A stretch of 64,000 bases of DNA from Candidatus Shapirobacteria bacterium (GTDB lineage: Bacteria; Patescibacteriota; Microgenomatia; UBA12405), in the NCBI GenBank assembly GCA_016188545.1, contig JACPHO010000002.1, positions 64,013 through 128,012 of the forward strand. Direction: 5' to 3'. A program made the position numbers and the translations under genes. A model generated the notes under the pieces. It was given only the letters and a program-made list of their open reading frames with translations. It did not search any database and had not been told where the DNA came from. The number at the start of each line of letters is the position of its first letter. Positions within the stretch are counted from its first letter, which is position 1. Below are positions 58,335 through 64,000 of this stretch, one piece after another.

Positions 58335-59345
58335 ATGAATAAAACAAAAAAACAGACAAAGGTAGCATTATTTTTTGGAGGAATGATAAGTCAACACTTG
58401 GTAATGATCCGTAAGGCAGCTAAAAAATTAGGAGTGGATCTTGACTTGGTTTCCTACAACAGAGTCTGTTTTGACAGTCAGGAAAAAAGAGTAAAAATTC
58501 GGGGAAACTTGGGAAGATGGGGGAGTGCTGAGGAATGGATCAACTTGGGAGATTATGACGTTCTTTTTTTTCGGACAACCGGAAAACACTGGGAAGAAGT
58601 AGATTTGGTGGTTAAAGAGGTGAAACAGATGAATGGTAAAAAACCAGTGATTGTTGATCCAATCATTTTAAATGGAAAACCCTCAATGGCTTGCAAAGCA
58701 TACCAAATGTTGGCACTGGGTGAAGCAGGGATTGATGTACCAAGAAGCATTTATGGAAGTTTGTGGTATTTATACGATACAATGAAAGAAATATCCAATA
58801 ACCAAATTTCAAGAAACAAACAATTACCAATATCCAAATTTCAATTTCCAATAATAATTAAAGGGTCAGGAGGAGATCGGGGGACAAGAGTATTTAAAGC
58901 AGACAACTTAGGAAAAATGGAAATTTTGGTAAGAGATTTACGAAAAACTGAAACAGAAGAAGGCAAGAGATATATGTTGCAGGAATTTATTCCAAATGAT
59001 GGGGATTTTAGAGTATTTGTATTGGGTGGAAAAGTGTTAGGAGTGATGAAGCGTTCTGCAAAGCAGAATTCAACAGAATTTAGAAATAATTATAGCGCGG
59101 GTGGAAGTGTTGAAGTGGCGGAATTACCGGTGGAAATAAAACAATTGGCGGTAAAAGCGGCTAAGGCATGCGGTCTGGCTGTGGCTGGTGTTGACGTGGC
59201 TTTTAGAAATAACGATCGAAGCCGACCGGTAATCTGGGAAGTAAACAAAGGGCCACAGTTTAAGGGGTTTATGGAAGCGACTGGGATTGATGTACCGAGA
59301 GAGATAGTTAAATATTTAGTTAGCTTACGTGATAATTCTCAATAA
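58335..59345 (+). CDS. RimK-family ATP-grasp ligase
   Basis: PIIIK, QEFIP, DFRVFV, FRNNYSAGG, GVD, EVN. Confidence 0.9.
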   Translation: MNKTKKQTKVALFFGGMISQHLVMIRKAAKKLGVDLDLVSYNRVCFDSQEKRVKIRGNLGRWGSAEEWINLGDYDVLFFRTTGKHWEEVDLVVKEVKQMNGKKPVIVDPIILNGKPSMACKAYQMLALGEAGIDVPRSIYGSLWYLYDTMKEISNNQISRNKQLPISKFQFPIIIKGSGGDRGTRVFKADNLGKMEILVRDLRKTETEEGKRYMLQEFIPNDGDFRVFVLGGKVLGVMKRSAKQNSTEFRNNYSAGGSVEVAELPVEIKQLAVKAAKACGLAVAGVDVAFRNNDRSRPVIWEVNKGPQFKGFMEATGIDVPREIVKYLVSLRDNSQ

Positions 59346-59414
59346 TCTTTTTTCTCGCTAGTCAATGTGCGGCGCATGTTGAAGGCTTCGAAAAAAATAT
59401 TTTCGAATTATTAC
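59329..59414 (+). repeat. Structured dispersed element, copy 3
   Basis: Same core; flanks GTGATAATTC/GAATTATTAC pair. Confidence 0.85.
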
Positions 59415-59436
59415 TTTTTATTAATATATATAGTAT

Positions 59437-60348
59437 ATGAACAAAAAAATCGTTACATTTACAATGTCTTTGAAGCAAAGCCAGTTTGAGGTGAATCGAC
59501 TTGAGGAAGAGGCTAATAAGCTGGGAGTGGAAGTAAACCGAGCGTTATACCGAGACTTAAGATTTGATCTAAAGAACGAAAAGCCACGAGTATTGGTTAA
59601 GGGAGAGGAAGTTACAATGGAGAATACTATAGGAATGTGGTTTAGGGTGGCAGGGACAGTTAGTGGAAAATACACCGAGGGTAGAAATTTGGCGATAAGA
59701 ATGTTAAAGAATAGAATATTTTGTGCCAATCATGCGGGATACTTGGAATGGACAAGAATGGGAAAGATTAGTCAGCATGGGGTGTTTTTGGGGAGTGGGA
59801 TACCAATCGTACCAACTAAAGTTATCTATTCAAGAGCACAAATTATAGAACTTAGAGATGAAATGGAGAGAGATTGGGGGTTTCCAATAATTGCTAAACA
59901 CGAGAGGGGTTATCAGGGGAAGAGTGTAAAAAAGTTCGACAATGCAAAACAAATGGAAAAGTGGGCAAATAAAATTCAAGAGAAAAACCTAGGTATGTTT
60001 TTATGGCAAAAATTTTTGCCAACCAGATGGGATATTCGGGTAATAGTTCTGGATGGTAAAGCTATGGGAGGAATGAAAAGATCGGCTGTTGGAAACGAGT
60101 TCAGAAGTAACTACAGCTTGGGTGGAGAAGTTCAAAAATGGGAATTATCAACTGCCGACTCTGAATTGGCGGAAAAAGTGGCTAAAATTTGTGGTCTAGA
60201 TTATTGTGGGGTAGATATTATGAAAGATGAGAGCGATAAAAGTTACATTCTGGAAGTTAACCGACAATGTCAATTCAAAGGTTTTGAAGAGTCTACTGGC
60301 ATTAATGTGGCCAAACTAGTAGTTGAAATGTTCATGAAAAGAGCATAG
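59437..60348 (+). CDS. RimK-family ATP-grasp ligase
   Basis: QKFLP, DIRVIV, FRSNYSLGG, GVD, EVN. Confidence 0.9.
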   Translation: MNKKIVTFTMSLKQSQFEVNRLEEEANKLGVEVNRALYRDLRFDLKNEKPRVLVKGEEVTMENTIGMWFRVAGTVSGKYTEGRNLAIRMLKNRIFCANHAGYLEWTRMGKISQHGVFLGSGIPIVPTKVIYSRAQIIELRDEMERDWGFPIIAKHERGYQGKSVKKFDNAKQMEKWANKIQEKNLGMFLWQKFLPTRWDIRVIVLDGKAMGGMKRSAVGNEFRSNYSLGGEVQKWELSTADSELAEKVAKICGLDYCGVDIMKDESDKSYILEVNRQCQFKGFEESTGINVAKLVVEMFMKRA

Positions 60349-60357
60349 ATTAATTGT

Positions 60358-61218
60358 ATGAGGAAAAGTTTGTTGATTACTTACTTGGTTTTGACGGTGG
60401 TTTTTGGTTTTAATTCGAGGGTGATGGCGGTAGGTGAACCAGCTAAAGAAGGTCAATTGTGTGGTGGAATTGCAGGGATAATCTGTGCTAGTGGATTGAC
60501 ATGTAAATATTCGAACAATACTGGAGTGGACAGAAGTGGGGTGTGTGTTAGAGTCTTAACTCCGACACCAAGAAGACCAGCCCAAGAAGGTCAATTGTGT
60601 GGTGGAATTGCAGGGACAATCTGTGCTAGCGGATTGAAGTGTGAAATGAATCGGTGTGGAGATGGTGGTCAGAAGTGTCCTGATGGATCCGGGGTATGTG
60701 TGAAAATGGCAACGCCGACACCAGTTAGGTTGGCGCAGGAAGGACAGGTGTGTGGTGGCATATCTGGGATAATGTGTGCCAGTGGACTAACTTGTAAATA
60801 TTCGAGTAATACAGGAACAGATAGAAGTGGGGTATGTGTGAAAAGTGTGGCGAAGGTAACTCCAACTTGTGTACCCAGACCAGCATGTTTGGACTTACCA
60901 AATCCATGTCGAATGCCGGAATTACCAGAATATTGTCGAAAACCGAGAGTAACTCCAACCTGTGTTCCAAGACCGGCGTGTTTGGATTTACCAAATCCAT
61001 GTCGAATGCCGGAATTACCAGAATATTGTCCAAAGAGAGGGGTGAAAGGTGACGCTAATGGTGATAGTAAAGTTGATCTGGCGGATTTTTCTATTTGGAA
61101 GAAAGAGTATATAGGTGAGATAAAGACAAAGAGAGCTGATTTTAACGGTGATAGTAAAGTTGATCTGGCGGATTTTTCTATTTGGAAAACTGGTTATTTA
61201 GTTAATATTAAAAAATGA
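60358..61218 (+). CDS. Secreted Cys-rich repeat protein with C-terminal dockerin-like domain
   Basis: 3x EGQxCGGIxGxxCASGLxC...GVC, 2x CVPRPACLDLPNPCRMPE, duplicated DxNGDSKVDLADFSIWK. Confidence 0.88.
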   Translation: MRKSLLITYLVLTVVFGFNSRVMAVGEPAKEGQLCGGIAGIICASGLTCKYSNNTGVDRSGVCVRVLTPTPRRPAQEGQLCGGIAGTICASGLKCEMNRCGDGGQKCPDGSGVCVKMATPTPVRLAQEGQVCGGISGIMCASGLTCKYSSNTGTDRSGVCVKSVAKVTPTCVPRPACLDLPNPCRMPELPEYCRKPRVTPTCVPRPACLDLPNPCRMPELPEYCPKRGVKGDANGDSKVDLADFSIWKKEYIGEIKTKRADFNGDSKVDLADFSIWKTGYLVNIKK

Positions 61219-63209
61219 AAGGAATACTGAAAATATTGTCGATGGTGATCTTATTGGCTGCTCTGGTTGGGGCGGGTATTTTGGTAAAAAATAACCAAGA
61301 AACAAGGAGGGGAGCTGCGGCGAGTGAGACTAGTACTCAGATATTGCCGGATAAAGTAACGGCTGGAGTGGGGAAGTCGATTGGGGTTCAGTTGTGGGTT
61401 AATACGGGTAAAGTGACTGATAAATTAACTGGGACAGAATTAAAAGTCTCATATGACTCAAAAATGTTGAAGTTTACAGGGTTTACAGCGGCATCTAGTG
61501 ATTACACACTAATTAACGACCCTGGGACGATGGCGGCTAATACTGGAGTGGTTGATGTGCGGATGGTGGCAATGGGCGTTGAGAAAGGGGGGGCGATCAA
61601 TTTAGGAAAGTTGAGTTTTTCAGTTTTGACCAGTGATAGTGGAAAAGTGGTAGTAATGCCAGGAAGTAAGTTAATGATTTCAGGTCAATCAGCAACATGG
61701 GATGTAGCAAAAAATAATCCAAGTGATATATCAACTGGTGGAGTTACTGCAACAAAAATACCCACCAAGATTCCGACTGTGGGACCAAGTGTTATACCAA
61801 CTGTGTCGGCTGGTCTTTGTGGTTGGTGTGGAATAAATTGCCAGAGACTAGATCCTTTGGCTGACTGTCCTGCTATAGCTTCACCGGTGGGTAAGGTATG
61901 TAAAGAAGTGAGAGGAAGCTGTGTAGTCCAAAATAAATTAGCACAAGAGGGAGAGTTGTGTGGTGGGATAGCAGGAATAATGTGTGCCAGTGGACTAACT
62001 TGTAAATATTCGAGTAATACCGGAGCGGACAGAAGTGGGGTGTGTGTGAAGACAACATCTCCAACTCCGACAGGACAAGTAGCAAGGTGTGGTTGGTGTG
62101 GAATAAATTGTCAGAGACTAGATCCTTTGACTGACTGTGTCGCAATGGCGCCTCCGGCGGGAAAGGTGTGTCGTGAAGTAAGTGGAAGCTGTAAGATATT
62201 ACCTAATATAACGCCAACTCCGGTGGCGACATGTGGACAAAGATGCACAACAAATGCCCAGTGTAAGGGAGGACTGACATGCTCACCAATTTGGTGGCCA
62301 TGCGGTACAATGCCTTCAGTTGAGGTGATGGCCAAACTACAGGCAAGTGAAGGTTTAAGTAAAATACTGGTTGCCCAGATGATTAGAGAGTGTCCGGCTG
62401 TCAAGTCGGTTTTGCCAACTGGATATGCTGGAATGACACTAGTCAAGATGCCAACTTTTTACGGTGTTTGTCGAAATCCTAAGTGTACGTCGAGTCTAAC
62501 TTGTGGTTGTGGTTTAGGAGTAACGCCAACACCAACGATTAGACCAGGTGAGAATATTGGTACATATAGTATGCAATTTTCTAGGACACAAATGACAAAA
62601 GGAGAAGAGGTAATGTTGAATTTGGCGGCAGATGTGGGCGGTAATAGAAAAATATCAGCTGTTAACGTCAAGATAAATTATGGCGGAGCAAATTTTGATG
62701 TAGTTGATATTCAACCTGAAGGGAGAGGGGTTGAAGTTAAAAAAATAATTGATCCTGTGGCAGGAACGATAACACTGTATTACACCTGGAGCTTGCCGGC
62801 TGATAGATTGTTTAATCGGTATACAGTGGCGAATATTAAATTGAAAGCCAAATCTGCAGGTGTAGTAAGTGCGACTTTTGATTCAAGTTATAAGCATGAG
62901 ATATCAGGGCTTGATGAAAATGGTCGGAGCGTTGGTTTTAAAGTAGCTACTTATAGCAGTGGACCAGTGTCGATAACTGATGGCACGCTTGTTTGTAAGC
63001 AATGTGCCGATTCAGCAAGCAAATCGAAAGGTGATGCTAACTGTGATGGTCAAATAAACTCGGTTGACTTTGAGATATGGCGGAGTGAAATGTTTGATCA
63101 AGGTGGCTTAGCTGGTGATACAAAATCGACATGGATGGCTGACTTTAACTGCGACCTTAAGGTCAGTGGTATTGATTTTGAGATCTGGCGGAAGACAGTG
63201 TTTCAATAA
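61215..63209 (+). CDS. Cohesin-like + Cys-rich + cohesin-like + dockerin-like surface protein
   Basis: N-terminal TM with QETRRGAA, VSYDSKML beta-sandwich, CGWCG repeats, GDANCDG..N.VDFEIW twice. Confidence 0.82.
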   Translation: MKGILKILSMVILLAALVGAGILVKNNQETRRGAAASETSTQILPDKVTAGVGKSIGVQLWVNTGKVTDKLTGTELKVSYDSKMLKFTGFTAASSDYTLINDPGTMAANTGVVDVRMVAMGVEKGGAINLGKLSFSVLTSDSGKVVVMPGSKLMISGQSATWDVAKNNPSDISTGGVTATKIPTKIPTVGPSVIPTVSAGLCGWCGINCQRLDPLADCPAIASPVGKVCKEVRGSCVVQNKLAQEGELCGGIAGIMCASGLTCKYSSNTGADRSGVCVKTTSPTPTGQVARCGWCGINCQRLDPLTDCVAMAPPAGKVCREVSGSCKILPNITPTPVATCGQRCTTNAQCKGGLTCSPIWWPCGTMPSVEVMAKLQASEGLSKILVAQMIRECPAVKSVLPTGYAGMTLVKMPTFYGVCRNPKCTSSLTCGCGLGVTPTPTIRPGENIGTYSMQFSRTQMTKGEEVMLNLAADVGGNRKISAVNVKINYGGANFDVVDIQPEGRGVEVKKIIDPVAGTITLYYTWSLPADRLFNRYTVANIKLKAKSAGVVSATFDSSYKHEISGLDENGRSVGFKVATYSSGPVSITDGTLVCKQCADSASKSKGDANCDGQINSVDFEIWRSEMFDQGGLAGDTKSTWMADFNCDLKVSGIDFEIWRKTVFQ

Positions 63210-63224
63210 TAGTTAAACAAGAAC

Positions 63225-63710
63225 ATGACTAAATTAATAGTAATAGTGTTGGTAGTAATAGTGTTGGGGGGGGGTGTAATTGCTAGGTATATGATTCGAC
63301 CTGAGGAAGTGGAGATGAATCAGGTTAATGAGCTGGTTGAAAGCGGGGCGATGGCGGTGGTTGAGGGAAGCGAATTAAGAATAAATGTAGCAAAAAAAAT
63401 ATCAATGGTTGATATAACAGTAAAGTTGTCTGAAGGTGTGATTGGTGGATTTGAGACGAATAAGGAGGTGTTTAATTCCGAGTTGTTGAATAGTGTAGGG
63501 GAGGATGGCAGTTTACATCTAGTTCTGGGGATCATGAAAGCAACAAATGAGTTGCCTGACGGTGATATTTTGGTGGGGAAGTTGGTTAATAGCGATGAAC
63601 CTAATGGACAGATTGAGGTGAGTGGAAAAGTAACTGTATCGTCGGATGGCGATAGTCCACCGAGTGAGGTGGAAGTTGGTACAGGAGGAGTAAATGATGC
63701 AGGTGAGTAG
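63225..63710 (+). CDS. Membrane-anchored protein, possibly cohesin-like
   Basis: N-terminal TM then beta-rich region similar in pattern to neighbours. Confidence 0.6.
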   Translation: MTKLIVIVLVVIVLGGGVIARYMIRPEEVEMNQVNELVESGAMAVVEGSELRINVAKKISMVDITVKLSEGVIGGFETNKEVFNSELLNSVGEDGSLHLVLGIMKATNELPDGDILVGKLVNSDEPNGQIEVSGKVTVSSDGDSPPSEVEVGTGGVNDAGE

Positions 63711-64000
63711 AGTCTGGTTGATGATAAACTTGGTCTGGGGATTAGGGTGGATACTGACTTTTCCGGGACAGATTGAGGCCTATTTGGGGAAGGTTGAGGG
63801 ATATATGAGTCCATCGACAGAGGTGTTAAACGTTGGCGAGAAATTGTCAACCAAGGTAATGTTGAATACAGGATCAAGTAAATTATCAGTAGTCTATCTT
63901 AATTTACAAATCGACACTTCAAGATTGAAGGTGACAAGTGTTATCGTAAATAGAAATGTATTTTCAGGCGTGTACATGGAGAAAGAAAGTGGCGGAGTGG
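63694..64000 (+). CDS. Secreted cohesin-like protein, 5' part only
   Basis: Not in ORF track; AGGAGG then MMQVSRVWL...SPSTEVLNVGEKLSTKVMLNTG...LQIDTSRLKV, open to window end. Confidence 0.7.
   Translation, partial: MMQVSRVWLMINLVWGLGWILTFPGQIEAYLGKVEGYMSPSTEVLNVGEKLSTKVMLNTGSSKLSVVYLNLQIDTSRLKVTSVIVNRNVFSGVYMEKESGGV

Noticed and set aside
1-64000. tRNA or rRNA genes
   Set aside because: No cloverleaf, T-loop or rRNA-like segment noticed in the intergenic gaps by eye

Overview
Chromosomal region of a Patescibacteria/CPR bacterium (Microgenomates-like; inferred from the VirB2-pilin array, PrgI/VirB4 cluster, DUF4012, stand-alone 5'-3' exonuclease and scarce Shine-Dalgarno sites), standard code. 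Left to right: a copper-handling operon (CopA with an unusual C-terminal extension, CopZ, cupredoxins, HMA-DsbD_2 protein) next to a BlaI/M56 pair with visible operators; an ECF sigma module; mutM, trxB, a disrupted peptidase, a Phd-VapC pair; a PrgI/VirB4/cell-wall-hydrolase cluster; dnaN-oriC-dnaA and rpmH-rnpA-yidD-yidC-jag; surface-glycan genes, ftsH; a VirB6-like gene plus six VirB2-like pilins; a 7TM + three ATP-grasp ligase cluster; and a cohesin/dockerin/Cys-rich surface protein cluster running off the end. No rRNA, tRNA, CRISPR, integrase or transposase was seen. The most unusual signals are: a three-copy structured element directly after stop codons; REP-like palindromes and 7-mer repeats that all lie in one orientation and are translated inside proteins (including pilin signal peptides); a synonymously diverged duplicate of a gene 3' end abutting a REP; pervasive leaderless-type promoters; and no apparent strand-skew switch at the dnaA-dnaN origin. 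All calls are from motif recognition by eye; no database searches were run.
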